A stretch of 34,126 nucleotides of DNA. Origin: a virus. Taxonomy: Duplodnaviria > Caudoviricetes. Both the position numbers and the translations under genes were made by a program. Numbering within the stretch: position 1 is the stretch's first letter; the number at the start of each line of letters is the position of its first letter. Below the pieces are notes generated by a model, which worked only from the letters and a program-made list of their open reading frames with translations, was not told where the DNA came from and did not search any database. Shown here one piece after another: positions 14,719 to 24,834 of this stretch. The DNA is taken from positions 1 to 34,126 of IMG/VR virus record IMGVR_UViG_3300047565_000055; one strand, given 5' to 3'.

Positions 14719-17376
14719 TTATGGGTTTGTTAGGGTGAATCCGTTGTTTGCCAATGTTGCCGGACTTGTCAATGTGTAAGTATTCAAAACGCTAACATAT
14801 CCTTGCAACGTTTTTGTTCCGCCGCCGTTCAATGTTAGGTTTCGATAAACTTGTTTCGCCAATGTTGTTGGGCCGCCTTTGATGTCCTGGTTTCCGTTTC
14901 CATAAATCCAGGTATGGGCGTTTGTTGATGTGTCCAATATACCGGTTGCCATTGGTTGCGTTGCGTTATTATATTGCAATGACATTGATCCGTTATTATT
15001 TGTACCAATTATAAATGAACTTGACGCATTGCCCCCGTTTAATGTTCCATTAAATGTCAATGCAACATTTCCGTTCCCACTTGATTTGTATAATGTAAGA
15101 ATAATATTTGATGAAATAAATATATTGCAATCAAATGTGTTTACATTACTTCCTCCAACATTATTAAATATTCCTTGATTGTTTGTTGTGAATGAAAACG
15201 TTCCCGTTCCACTTTTAAAGAATACTGAATTTACCATACTAATTCCGCCACGCAATTCAACGTTTGGATTTCCGCCGCTGAAATCATAGGAATATGATGT
15301 TGGCCCAGGCCCATGTAATTGTAGTTCACCAATAAATAATAAATTGCCTACCCCCGTTTTTTTCATTGAATATGATGTCGGGCTATATGCGGCGTTTGTT
15401 ATTCCATGAACAATAATATCGTAATTTGACAAATCAAATTCCGTATTTGTTCCACTATTTAGATTGCCATAAATTGTTGTATTTGATCCAAGTTTTTTAC
15501 CGGTTCCAGCAACATATAAATTCGCATAGGATGAATAAGGTAAAGTAAATACTGAATTATAATTATAAATAATTAATGAAATAATATTTAATGACGGATT
15601 AAATATCCCGGTTGTCATTAATGTATCGGATGCGTTCAATTGTAGTGTTGAATATGAAATCAATTGGCTTGTTGATGATGCGCCATTAATTGATGATGGA
15701 TGATTAAATATTAATGTTTGTCTATTTTGAGCAATATTATAACCGACTAATGTTAAAGTAATTCCGGCGGCAATTACAACCGGACAATCAAATGTTAACT
15801 GATCTGCCCCGCCGGTGTTTGTTAATATACTTTGATTATTTGTTGTAAATGTCCATGTTCCGGTTCCGCTTTTGAATCTTGTTGTTGAATTTATATTGGT
15901 AACATCCATTCCATTTCTTAACTCAACCGATGGATTCCCACCGCTAAAATCTAACATGTTTGATTGTGATCCATAAACTTTGCCAATAAATGTAATTGAA
16001 CCGGCGCCGGTTTTTGATAATGGATAACCCGATGGCGCACCAAATAAATTACTTGTTCCATTTACAACAAGGTCATATGTCGCACAATCAAGATTTCCAT
16101 AACTTACTAAATTCCCATTCAACGTCGTATTAACGCCCAATGATTTTGTTCCGGTTCCATAAATACCAACGTGATGAAATGTTGTAATATTATTTGAAAC
16201 TATCGCGGAATAATCTCCGATAAAAAGTGTTGTATTTATGAATGTTGAAAAATCTGCGACACCGGTACGCATAATATTTTCAGCCGCGACTTGCGTTTGC
16301 AAATAAATTTCGCATTGATTGACCAATTTACTTGTTCCATCAACTCCATTGATCGAATTGTTAAAACGCCATACCGGGCCGGCATATCCACGCGCCAAGT
16401 TTAATGTTACACCACTACCAACAATTATTTGCGCGTTGATTGTAATTTGTCCGGATAACGTATTTCCAACATTCATGAATTGACTTGCCGTTGTTGTAAA
16501 TCGCCAGGTATCAGTTGATGAACTTACAATGTTTGATAATGAATTTTGCGATGAATATGTCAACCCGTTTTTAAATTCAATATCGCATCCGCTTAAATCC
16601 ATATACCCATTAACACTACAAAGGCCACCAATAACAACATTTCCCCCGGCTCCACCGGTTCTGATCAATGATCCTTTACCATAACCCAAATCCCAATAAA
16701 CTTTTCCAACTCCTAAATTTCCGCCAACATTTAAATTCCATACTCTTAAATCTAATGTGTTGTCGTATGTCGTATCTGAACCAAAAGTTCTGATAATTAA
16801 ATCCCCGGTTGTTGTTAAATTACCGGTTAAATATTTTATTCCAGGGCCATTAAATGAAACGTTTGAATAAGGTAAATTTAAAACCGGTTGTGGAATAAAA
16901 TTTGTTGAATAATAGTCAACAAATCCGTTTCCATTTGATGGGATAAAATTATCGATTCGGTTATTATACCCATAAAGCCTAAACGTATGGCTATCACTTG
17001 CACCGGTTCTTTGATTTGTTAAATCAAGTATCCCCGTACATTGAATATTTCCATAAACATAAAACTTTCGCGCATAAAATAAACCGCCATTTGTTCCGTA
17101 CTCTAAACGCCCGGAAATAAACAAATTGTTGACTTCAATTAATGCATCAAAACCCGAATCGTTTACAACTCGATGTTTGATATAAACATCATCAAATCTT
17201 GATGGAAATTTCCCAACCCTTCCCGATGCAGTTTGCCAAATGCTTATATCTGTCCAATCCCCATCACGAACGGAATAAAAAACTTCCCTTTGTTGTACTT
17301 TAGGGATTCCATTATCCGAATCATTACTGAATTTTTGAACGTTGCTATCCTGCAAGTTTACCGGGAATCCGAACAT
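14719..17376 (-). CDS. Large beta-solenoid repeat protein, putative receptor-binding/adhesin tail protein
   Basis: About three ~200-aa repeats (GTKSL.., DFSGGNPxVELRxG, FKSGTGTxxFTTNNQ, FDC); visibly AT-richer DNA. Confidence 0.65.
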   Translation of the reverse strand: MFGFPVNLQDSNVQKFSNDSDNGIPKVQQREVFYSVRDGDWTDISIWQTASGRVGKFPSRFDDVYIKHRVVNDSGFDALIEVNNLFISGRLEYGTNGGLFYARKFYVYGNIQCTGILDLTNQRTGASDSHTFRLYGYNNRIDNFIPSNGNGFVDYYSTNFIPQPVLNLPYSNVSFNGPGIKYLTGNLTTTGDLIIRTFGSDTTYDNTLDLRVWNLNVGGNLGVGKVYWDLGYGKGSLIRTGGAGGNVVIGGLCSVNGYMDLSGCDIEFKNGLTYSSQNSLSNIVSSSTDTWRFTTTASQFMNVGNTLSGQITINAQIIVGSGVTLNLARGYAGPVWRFNNSINGVDGTSKLVNQCEIYLQTQVAAENIMRTGVADFSTFINTTLFIGDYSAIVSNNITTFHHVGIYGTGTKSLGVNTTLNGNLVSYGNLDCATYDLVVNGTSNLFGAPSGYPLSKTGAGSITFIGKVYGSQSNMLDFSGGNPSVELRNGMDVTNINSTTRFKSGTGTWTFTTNNQSILTNTGGADQLTFDCPVVIAAGITLTLVGYNIAQNRQTLIFNHPSSINGASSTSQLISYSTLQLNASDTLMTTGIFNPSLNIISLIIYNYNSVFTLPYSSYANLYVAGTGKKLGSNTTIYGNLNSGTNTEFDLSNYDIIVHGITNAAYSPTSYSMKKTGVGNLLFIGELQLHGPGPTSYSYDFSGGNPNVELRGGISMVNSVFFKSGTGTFSFTTNNQGIFNNVGGSNVNTFDCNIFISSNIILTLYKSSGNGNVALTFNGTLNGGNASSSFIIGTNNNGSMSLQYNNATQPMATGILDTSTNAHTWIYGNGNQDIKGGPTTLAKQVYRNLTLNGGGTKTLQGYVSVLNTYTLTSPATLANNGFTLTNP

Positions 17377-17389
17377 AAACAATAATTAT

Positions 17390-17809
17390 TTAAAAGTTAC
17401 CACCACGCAAAAGGACATCCGTTCCGTCTGCCGCTGATCCGTAAACCGATTGAGAAACGCGGATAATTTGTCCGGCGTTAATTATTAACCCGTTTGTAAA
17501 CGTGATTGTTGTTGTTGCGCCAATCGCGGTGTTTGATGCCGTTACGGCTGACATTACAACTTCAGAAATTAAACGCGGATTTAATCCGGATTCATCGGTA
17601 AGAAAAACCCGGTGAACCCTGGCGGCGGATGCCGCTGCCGTTACCTGGCTTGATGTGAATGTAATGAAATCAACCCTGGAACCATTGGCCCCGGCGGTGA
17701 ATAAAGTTACCAATGTTCCCGATCCATCGCGCGCGGTGTTTGCGGCTGCGATGTTTGCGGTTGCTGCTTTTGGTGTCAATGTAAAAATTGGCGATGTATT
17801 TGCTGGCAT
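17390..17809 (-). CDS. Putative tail/fibre structural protein
   Basis: MPANTSPIF..NTARDGSGTLVTLFTAGANGSRVD; fibre cluster. Confidence 0.6.
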   Translation of the reverse strand: MPANTSPIFTLTPKAATANIAAANTARDGSGTLVTLFTAGANGSRVDFITFTSSQVTAAASAARVHRVFLTDESGLNPRLISEVVMSAVTASNTAIGATTTITFTNGLIINAGQIIRVSQSVYGSAADGTDVLLRGGNF

Positions 17810-17815
17810 GATATT

Positions 17816-18133
17816 TTAATTTAATGATGGATCAATAGGATTATCAATTGGGACAACGGGAACAATTGGTTCCGGTTGCGGTTCAACGCGAATGATTGAA
17901 TCGATATACGCTTGCAATTCCGCGTCGGTTGATTCGCGAATTGTGATCAAAACGGAATCAACATCAACAACCCTGGTAATGTGGATTTGTTGGATTCCAA
18001 ATTGATTGTTGCAATACGTTGTTTCTACTGATTCGAATGTACCTTCAACCATTCCGGTTTGTGGACAATCATAACTTACCGGGCCGTTTGGATCGCTTTC
18101 GATCACATGCCCATCGGGTGCAATGTAGTTCAT
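17816..18133 (-). CDS. Hypothetical protein (fibre cluster)
   Basis: Start taken at MNYIAPDG, 1 nt after the upstream stop. Confidence 0.55.
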   Translation of the reverse strand: MNYIAPDGHVIESDPNGPVSYDCPQTGMVEGTFESVETTYCNNQFGIQQIHITRVVDVDSVLITIRESTDAELQAYIDSIIRVEPQPEPIVPVVPIDNPIDPSLN

Positions 18134-18134
18134 G

Positions 18135-18827
18135 TTAAATAAAATTATAATAGTTAAATAATTGCGCTGCAAATCCACCGGCTGCGTTAACCGATTTGTT
18201 TTCATATCTCAATGTATCGGAATTCCAAAAAATTCCCTCATTGTTGTTTGGCGATGGCAAATAGCAATCATGTAGTTCGCCAAGTTCGTAACCGTTATCG
18301 ACCTTCGTGTAAATTTTTCCATTGTTTGCATGCGCATAAACAACAAAGCCAACGATCACAGAATGATTTGGCGCAGTTGGTTTTACTTTTGTGATCGCGC
18401 CAGGTGTTGTTGGCGACAAATACAAAATATTTCCATCCGCCCACGTTTCGCCTTGCAATGCCCCGGTTGTATTAATGCTTTCGATTAGTCCACTTGTACA
18501 AATAAACCCAGATTCATTGCTCGCAATATCTTGAATGAACATTCCCAACGTATCGGTTGAATTTGCGTCATTATTCGCCTGCGCGAAATTTACTTGCAAC
18601 CTTTGGCCCTGGGCACCGGTAATTTTTACAACTTGATACGCCGCGCGCGTAACTGCGCCACCGGTACCATTAACAACCAACGCGTATTGATGTTGTGAAA
18701 TAATTTTTTGATAATCCGTTCCGACTATCTTAAATGATTCACCCGTTGTTGGATCCCCGATTAACAATAAATCAGTTAACGCTGCGTCAACTCTGGTAGT
18801 TAATTGGTTAATTTTTTTATTCGCCAT
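18135..18827 (-). CDS. Tail fibre-associated structural protein
   Basis: MANKKINQL N-terminus, GNILYLSPTTPGAITKVKP, ELGELHD...WNSDTLRYEN. Confidence 0.65.
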   Translation of the reverse strand: MANKKINQLTTRVDAALTDLLLIGDPTTGESFKIVGTDYQKIISQHQYALVVNGTGGAVTRAAYQVVKITGAQGQRLQVNFAQANNDANSTDTLGMFIQDIASNESGFICTSGLIESINTTGALQGETWADGNILYLSPTTPGAITKVKPTAPNHSVIVGFVVYAHANNGKIYTKVDNGYELGELHDCYLPSPNNNEGIFWNSDTLRYENKSVNAAGGFAAQLFNYYNFI

Positions 18828-19341
18828 AAATTAGTTTTTCTGTGTCATTTATCAAAAATCTATCCGTATCGTTCCACAAAAGGAAGTTCCCTAAATCCGC
18901 AACCGCTTGACATTTATTCGCGTCAAATCGAACTCCTATCGTAACATCAACGGAAACCCCACACGTTAAATCTTGCAATTCATAGTCCCGAATAGTCAAG
19001 TTGTATTCCTCGTCAACTTCCCATTCAGTATATTCTTGATCCTTTAACAATGCCAAATAATCCAACGCCACCGACAACATATCGGATTTGACCTCCCACT
19101 CATTTTGCAATGATCTATTGGCAATGTCCATTAAATCAAAAAAATGAAATGTAAAACTAAAGTTTGCAACCCTATTCGTCAACGATATTGTTGACGTCGG
19201 TTTCAACTCGCAAAACAAGGCCGGATATGTTACGTCCGCGTCGTCCAAAAATTCATCAAATCCACCAATGAAAAAATGGTTAATTTGTTTGTGGCTTTCC
19301 GCTAACTCCGTTAATCTTTGTATGACTTGTTTTAATGTCAT
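18817..19341 (-). CDS. Putative tail terminator / head-tail joining protein
   Basis: TYPALF motif, acidic beta-rich fold, after the adaptor. Confidence 0.55.
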   Translation of the reverse strand: MTLKQVIQRLTELAESHKQINHFFIGGFDEFLDDADVTYPALFCELKPTSTISLTNRVANFSFTFHFFDLMDIANRSLQNEWEVKSDMLSVALDYLALLKDQEYTEWEVDEEYNLTIRDYELQDLTCGVSVDVTIGVRFDANKCQAVADLGNFLLWNDTDRFLINDTEKLIYGE

Positions 19342-19410
19342 TTTTTTTATCTTGTTGCGCTAAAAATAAACGCAATTTGTTTTCGTTTTTTTTTGATGTG
19401 TTTTTTGGCA

Positions 19411-20010
19411 TCAAATATAATATGGATCATTAGAATTAAAACCAGCCGGCGGACGCTTATTTAGTGAATATTCGTCCAATGGTATTTCTGTTTCATCACC
19501 CAGATAAATTGGCGACGTATACGACGCGCGTTCTGGATGCACAACATCAACGCCAGAAACAAAGTTCAAGTATTCCGGGAAATAATCGTCCGCGTACTCG
19601 ATCAAATAATTGCGCAGCATTTTGGCGTAATGTTCCGCCCTCGACTTATACTTTGCGACAATCGAATACATTTCTGACATGCTCGGTTGTGTCGCATTGT
19701 CGACTGTCTTTTGCGAAACGCCTTTATTCCAAAACTGATAATTTAACCCCTCTGGCAATTCCGACATAACATAATTGCAGCAACATTCAACGATATAGTT
19801 GTCGACCAAATTTTTGTAGTTGCCAGACAACGTGTTGTTTGATATGTCCGACAATATCTTATTGAACAAAGTTGAACCCAGAATTGGCATAATATACAAA
19901 TCCTGGACGGCTTTGATTTCCGGATATATCAATTTGTCATCAACATTATCATGCAACGACATGCGTTCTTTTATGACGGACGGCAAAATTAAATATGTTA
20001 CTGTTGCCAT
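19411..20010 (-). CDS. Putative head-tail adaptor protein
   Basis: Follows portal; NVDDKLIYPEIKAVQDLYIMPILGSTLF...FPEY. Confidence 0.6.
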   Translation of the reverse strand: MATVTYLILPSVIKERMSLHDNVDDKLIYPEIKAVQDLYIMPILGSTLFNKILSDISNNTLSGNYKNLVDNYIVECCCNYVMSELPEGLNYQFWNKGVSQKTVDNATQPSMSEMYSIVAKYKSRAEHYAKMLRNYLIEYADDYFPEYLNFVSGVDVVHPERASYTSPIYLGDETEIPLDEYSLNKRPPAGFNSNDPYYI

Positions 20011-20014
20011 TGTT

Positions 20015-22045
20015 TTATTTTTTCTTTATTACTACATGTTTGATCCAGGCATGACGACAATGGAATTCAATTACCCCCTTGTTATTCCAAAAACCCCCGG
20101 CCCTGGTAAATACCGAATAACCTAAACGTTCAGAAAGTTTCTGGATGTCCTGGCGGCTGAACATTCGCGTTTCGCTTAATCTAACCATTCGAACACAAAA
20201 CGGACGCGACGTTGGTATTATGCTATCTCCCAGGACGCCGTCGCGCTTTTCATAGGTATACAAAACGCGCAAATCTGGTAACGTTTGCTCTGGCAATCTT
20301 ACCCCAACAGTACGAATTGGCTTACCACCTTTAACGACTGCGGCGATAACATTTAGTTTGATAAGGTTCTCGACTATGTCATCGACGATATTACGTTCAT
20401 ATCCCAACGCCTCTGCAATTTGCTCATTCGACAAATCCGGTTGTCTTTTCAACAACTCCATGATTTTTAACTCCCTTTCATTATACTCTGCAAATGCGCC
20501 AAACGTCATTTTAAAATCCTCGTCCTGGCCCGTGTAAACCTCGCTTTTCAATATGCTAAAATTGGCGCGATCCTCTCCATATTCCTCAAACATCGCGGCG
20601 ATGAACTCGTCTGAATCCTCATTGAATTGCTCGTCCATCGTCTGCGGATCGTCGTCGACGCCCAGATATTGGTTGATCTGGTCATTGGTAAAACCATACG
20701 CGGACAATTGGATCGACGCCTGGCCCTTTGTTAGTTTACCCTGGCTGAATAGCCGGACAATGCGCATTAGATTCTGTTGCTGACGGCCGGACAACTTAAC
20801 CAATGTTTCATTGCCCATCTGTTCCGGCTGCACGTTATTAGAGGCCGTCGGGATGCCATATTTTGCCGGATCAATTCCGAACTTCTCCAGGATCCATTCT
20901 TTCGGCAAAAGTTCTTTAAACTGCACCGGATCGAGTTCCATGCCCACCGGCTCCACGTCCTTTAACTTGTATTCAGCCGGTACGTTTGCAATGCCGGAAA
21001 AATACCCGACAATTTCCTCGATCTGTTTTTGTTTGTGCGTTACGTATGTGTTCTTGAAAATTTCATACGCCGTTTTTAACTCGCTTGAATTGCCCAACTT
21101 GCCCTCTTGTTGAATTCCAAATAAAAGAGGATGCGTTATGTTATGGCCAGAATAAATATTTCCCGTTATCAAGTTGTCGATCCCTGCGAAATTTTCTTTC
21201 GTGAGATCGCTTTGCCCCAGGTCGTCAATGGTTGGTTTTTTCGCAGGATCATTGTTGAACGCAATCAACAATTTTTTGCCCTCTGCGCCCGTCGCCGCAT
21301 TCTCCATGCGCGCCGTTATTTTTCTTTTCTTATCCTCGTCCGGCTCGCCATTATAAAAGTTAATGAACTTCGACGCGCTAAACCCGGTTTTTGCATTTGT
21401 TAGCGTATGCCTGGAAACCTCAATATCTGATTCAACCCAATTACATGCAGCCACCCAGGACGGCAAAGCATAGGGGTTCTTTCCGCACCTATATTCTTTA
21501 AAGTAAAATATTGACGACGTTGTGCAAGTTGGATGGAAAGCCGGATATTCCGCTTCTGGTTGCTCCCAGGTGTTGTTCCACTTTTTACGATAGTAAAAAC
21601 GATCGTTGGTTTCACTCGATCTGATGCGATCGTACGACATGTGATAAATGTTAAAGCCACCACCCAATTTAGGGATAACCTGGAAATAAACGCCGCCAAA
21701 ATTCTCGATGTCCAAACATGCCAATTTCATCAACTGATCCCAGGACTGTTTTTCATTGGCCTTTTGCAAAAATACTTTCCCCGGCTCCGATTCCGTCGTC
21801 AATCCGTTGCCCATTATGTAAACGCATTTCCCGTTTATAATGGCGTTGTGTTTCGCTGACTTATTGTAAAGCCATAACAGATAAGTTGGATAATCGTTAC
21901 GATCGCCAAACGGCACAAAATCAACGCCGCGCTTTTTTTCCATCAATGGGATGCGAGAATCCGCGAATTGCATTGAACCCACTTCCATTATATCGCCATC
22001 CGACTGTTTAGCCTGCATAGCCCTTGTATGTCGTTTCTGGTTCAT
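20015..22045 (-). CDS. Portal protein with C-terminal wHTH and MuF-like extension
   Basis: FGDRNDYPTYL, SAKHNAIINGK, GHNITHPLLFGI...GKLG; C-terminal SRPFC...HCRHAW. Confidence 0.8.
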   Translation of the reverse strand: MNQKRHTRAMQAKQSDGDIMEVGSMQFADSRIPLMEKKRGVDFVPFGDRNDYPTYLLWLYNKSAKHNAIINGKCVYIMGNGLTTESEPGKVFLQKANEKQSWDQLMKLACLDIENFGGVYFQVIPKLGGGFNIYHMSYDRIRSSETNDRFYYRKKWNNTWEQPEAEYPAFHPTCTTSSIFYFKEYRCGKNPYALPSWVAACNWVESDIEVSRHTLTNAKTGFSASKFINFYNGEPDEDKKRKITARMENAATGAEGKKLLIAFNNDPAKKPTIDDLGQSDLTKENFAGIDNLITGNIYSGHNITHPLLFGIQQEGKLGNSSELKTAYEIFKNTYVTHKQKQIEEIVGYFSGIANVPAEYKLKDVEPVGMELDPVQFKELLPKEWILEKFGIDPAKYGIPTASNNVQPEQMGNETLVKLSGRQQQNLMRIVRLFSQGKLTKGQASIQLSAYGFTNDQINQYLGVDDDPQTMDEQFNEDSDEFIAAMFEEYGEDRANFSILKSEVYTGQDEDFKMTFGAFAEYNERELKIMELLKRQPDLSNEQIAEALGYERNIVDDIVENLIKLNVIAAVVKGGKPIRTVGVRLPEQTLPDLRVLYTYEKRDGVLGDSIIPTSRPFCVRMVRLSETRMFSRQDIQKLSERLGYSVFTRAGGFWNNKGVIEFHCRHAWIKHVVIKKK

Positions 22046-22388
22046 ATCCTTGTTGTATTAAGTTCGCCGCCGGGTTTAGTAACATCTTGCCACATTCAAC
22101 CAAATTTAATCCCGTTGGATCCAGATTGGTTGAACTCCGTTGTTCAAAAACCTCATAAGAATATTGCCCGGCCTGCGCGTTTTGAAATAAAGTAATAGTG
22201 TTAAACGTGTAAATGTTCGCCCTCTCTGGGAATTCACTCGAATCGCTTGCGGAATTTACAACGATCTTATATTGAACTTTTGTTGATACGTTTGTAAAAA
22301 TGAACAAATAAAACGGATTCGTTATCGTCGTCGATTCGTTCAACGTTACGATTGTTTCCGCTTGCTGCCCAATAGTGTAAACGATCAT
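22008..22388 (-). CDS. Hypothetical virion protein
   Basis: Beta-rich ORF (GQYSYEVFEQ..LVECGK); start at MIVYT after late motif. Confidence 0.6.
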   Translation of the reverse strand: MIVYTIGQQAETIVTLNESTTITNPFYLFIFTNVSTKVQYKIVVNSASDSSEFPERANIYTFNTITLFQNAQAGQYSYEVFEQRSSTNLDPTGLNLVECGKMLLNPAANLIQQGYEPETTYKGYAG

Positions 22389-22395
22389 GTTATCA

Positions 22396-22420
22396 TGTGG
22401 CAAAAAATGAACGTTTGTTG
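22396..22420 (-). promoter_or_regulatory. Putative late promoter CAACA-N12-TTGCCACA (portal unit)
   Basis: Between terminator and ATG 22388. Confidence 0.7.
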
Positions 22421-22424
22421 AAAT

Positions 22425-22452
22425 AAAAAAGGCCGCCATATTACCGGCGGCC
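22425..22452 (-). terminator. Intrinsic terminator after tail tube gene
   Basis: GGCCGCC-N8-GGCGGCC followed by T6. Confidence 0.8.
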
Positions 22453-22485
22453 CCTCATTGGTCATGTGTAAACCCACAACATGAA

Positions 22486-22998
22486 TTAGGTTGTCAAAGT
22501 ACCCAGGGCGGTTGAGTTAACCTCATACGCCATATTCTTCTCGTCGCCGCTAAATGCCAATTCATAGCCATTGCGATCTGCCAAAACCTTGCCGGTTTTT
22601 GCTGCAACTGAATCCATCATTAAACCATATTCGCGACCGTACATCCAACCGGTTCCGTTCTCGTCAACAAAAACAAAAATCAATCTGTTTTGTGCCAACA
22701 ACATCAACTCATTGCGAACTGCGGTTGTCATTTTGTTGATTGGGAACTTCACAGTTTGCTTGTTGCTCAAAGTACCCATTTCGCGGCTGCCTGCGAAGGC
22801 CTCGTCCGCCTCTGCGGTGTGCGCGATCAAATTATATTTCTTAAATGTCTTTGTTGCAACCTTTGTGATTGCGGTTATTACCCCGGCCGTTTCTGTAATC
22901 GCGGAAACGTTCTCGAATTCGATCACGTAAATTTCCTTTACTCCGCCGTAATTGAACCGACAATCCAGGTTGTAACCTTGTGTTAAACTACATGGCAT
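22486..22998 (-). CDS. Major tail (tube) protein
   Basis: MPCSLTQGYNLDC..GGVKEIY...FVDENGTGWMYG...TGKVLADRNGYELAFSG. Confidence 0.7.
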   Translation of the reverse strand: MPCSLTQGYNLDCRFNYGGVKEIYVIEFENVSAITETAGVITAITKVATKTFKKYNLIAHTAEADEAFAGSREMGTLSNKQTVKFPINKMTTAVRNELMLLAQNRLIFVFVDENGTGWMYGREYGLMMDSVAAKTGKVLADRNGYELAFSGDEKNMAYEVNSTALGTLTT

Positions 22999-23018
22999 GT
23001 TTGTAATATTTTAAATTA

Positions 23019-23041
23019 GGGCCGGATAATATGTCCGGCCC
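23019..23041 (-). other. Hairpin between capsid and tail tube genes (mRNA stabiliser / weak terminator)
   Basis: GGGCCGGA-N7-TCCGGCCC, no strong U-tract. Confidence 0.55.
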
Positions 23042-23054
23042 GTTATTGAATCAA

Positions 23055-24053
23055 TTAACCCAGATACAGAACGTTGTTCGCTTGACGTGCAACATGCGCG
23101 GCGATTGTGAAAATGTGTTTCACAAACATATCCTCACGGTTGTTGGCTACCTTGTTGATTTCCATCTTGTTGATGTCTGCCACCAGGTCGGTGCACCAAA
23201 TCAAGTTTGAGGGCAACGCGGCGATTATACAATTCTCTGGAACGGGAACGAATTTGATTTCGATTCCGTTGTAGAAATATTTGTCGGCCTTGATGTCAAC
23301 GCTGAACAGATCGCGATATGTTGCACTAACATTAAAAATGTTGATGAACTGTTTGTGTGAATATGGCGCGTAAAGGAAAGGCTTTTCAGTTTGAGCAAGA
23401 ACAACGGCCGGAATTGCAGCGTAAACTTTACCGTATTCGGTTGCTACGTTTGTGCTTGAAATGGTAGTTCCTGCAACCTTAACGCGTGTTCCCAATGCGC
23501 CATTGTTGTAGATCATTTTTGCGACAACGCCATCGAATTGAGTTGCAGTTTGTGCGGCTGCCCAGGTTTGTTCTGCGGCTCCAACTTGGTTCTGCGCAGT
23601 TCCAGGAGTTAGGCCTGCAATTGAAGTTTTTGTTGCGGCCAAAATACCAGACCACCACTTTGTTTCTGCATCCAATGAAACCTCTTTACCGTATGCGGCA
23701 AGTACAGTTCTTTCAAATTCAGTTGACATCATTTCCCAGGCTCCTGGCTTCATTGACCTTTTGAACCTTGACGGCCTCAAAGTGTTCGGATCAAATTCAT
23801 GATAGAACATTACTTTGGTTGGGGTTACTGCGGTGTCAACCAATGAAAATGTTCCATTGCTTGTTGGTGTGCCGGATGAATACGCCTGCAATGCAACGAT
23901 GTTAGTATTCTCGGTGAAAATACTTTCGTTCTTAACATCGCTTTCAAACGAAACTAAATTTTCAGAAATGGTTTTGTTCTCAAATAAAAGTTCTTCTAAT
24001 ACGGGTTCGTATGCCTTGCCGCGTATGTCTACAATTGTTGCTGAAATTGCCAT
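23055..24053 (-). CDS. Major capsid protein
   Basis: 332 aa following protease and scaffold; QFDGVVAKM, FYNGIEIKFVP, SNLIWCTDLVAD. Confidence 0.8.
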   Translation of the reverse strand: MAISATIVDIRGKAYEPVLEELLFENKTISENLVSFESDVKNESIFTENTNIVALQAYSSGTPTSNGTFSLVDTAVTPTKVMFYHEFDPNTLRPSRFKRSMKPGAWEMMSTEFERTVLAAYGKEVSLDAETKWWSGILAATKTSIAGLTPGTAQNQVGAAEQTWAAAQTATQFDGVVAKMIYNNGALGTRVKVAGTTISSTNVATEYGKVYAAIPAVVLAQTEKPFLYAPYSHKQFINIFNVSATYRDLFSVDIKADKYFYNGIEIKFVPVPENCIIAALPSNLIWCTDLVADINKMEINKVANNREDMFVKHIFTIAAHVARQANNVLYLG

Positions 24054-24055
24054 TG

Positions 24056-24235
24056 TTATTTAATTTTTGATTTTAAAGATTTTTTTTCTTGTTGCTCCGT
24101 TTCCTCGATTTCGTCCGGGAACCTTGATTTTAAATGTTCAAGTTGTTCCTGGCTCAAAACCGATTCCGACGTAAACGGATTAGAGGCCGGGCCATACGCC
24201 CAAATCTCAACCCCGTCTTTGATTTTTAATGCCAT
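24056..24235 (-). CDS. 59-aa hypothetical protein between scaffold and capsid (not in ORF track)
   Basis: MALKIKDGVEIWAYGPASNPFTSES...KKSLKSKIK fills the gap exactly. Confidence 0.65.
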   Translation of the reverse strand: MALKIKDGVEIWAYGPASNPFTSESVLSQEQLEHLKSRFPDEIEETEQQEKKSLKSKIK

Positions 24236-24238
24236 GTA

Positions 24239-24790
24239 TTAAAAGTTTTTTTGTGCGCGGAATTTTTCCAACGGCGTCATTTCGTCAAATCCTTTAACGG
24301 GTTCAGCCGGTGTTTGGACAGATGAATTCGCGATGGTTTCCACCAGGTGAAACATTTGTTTCAAAGTTTCGGCCTGCTTTGCAATGGTGTTTTTTTGCTC
24401 GTCAATGGTCGACCTCAATTCGGCGATGTCGGTTTTCGCGGCCGCGAAACCTTGTTCCATTTCGCTAAACATACCAGGGAGTTTTTTCATCGCCTCGACT
24501 TCAACCTCGACAACCGGGGCCGCCTCTGGCTTTTTTACCTCTGTGATCAATCCGCCGCTTACAACGATTTTGGTTCCATCCTCAAATTCATGTTCGCCAT
24601 CTGGGGCCGGTTGACCGTTCAACGTAACTGATCCGCCGACTTCTACTTTGTCAATGCTGACCATTGCGCCAGACTTCAATTTGTACTCTGCAAACTTTTG
24701 AGGTTCGGCTGCGGCCGGCTGCGGATTTGGGTTTTCTGCTTCGCCGAATATCATGGTTCTGATCAATTCAACTGCTTGTTTCGGTGTCAT
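24239..24790 (-). CDS. Putative capsid scaffolding protein
   Basis: PAPDGEHEFEDGTKIVVSGGLITEVK plus coiled-coil C-terminus; between protease and capsid. Confidence 0.65.
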   Translation of the reverse strand: MTPKQAVELIRTMIFGEAENPNPQPAAAEPQKFAEYKLKSGAMVSIDKVEVGGSVTLNGQPAPDGEHEFEDGTKIVVSGGLITEVKKPEAAPVVEVEVEAMKKLPGMFSEMEQGFAAAKTDIAELRSTIDEQKNTIAKQAETLKQMFHLVETIANSSVQTPAEPVKGFDEMTPLEKFRAQKNF

Positions 24791-24809
24791 GTGATAATTC
24801 TTTTTTGTT

Positions 24810-24834
24810 TGTGGCAAATTTTAAAATGTTGTTG
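24810..24834 (-). promoter_or_regulatory. Putative late promoter CAACA-N12-TTGCCACA (scaffold/capsid unit)
   Basis: 19 nt upstream of ATG 24790. Confidence 0.7.

Noticed and set aside
13263-17376. Diversity-generating retroelement or invertible fibre cassette
   Set aside because: No reverse transcriptase or invertase; repeats are diverged protein-level repeats, not adenine-specific TR/VR pairs
19280-19411. 43-aa basic ORF between adaptor and tail terminator genes
   Set aside because: Possible but overlaps the next gene extensively and has no recognisable features; not supportable
23042-23054. Capsid 3' UTR TTGATTCA complementary to the SSAP start (TGAATCAA)
   Set aside because: Only 8 nt; expected by chance
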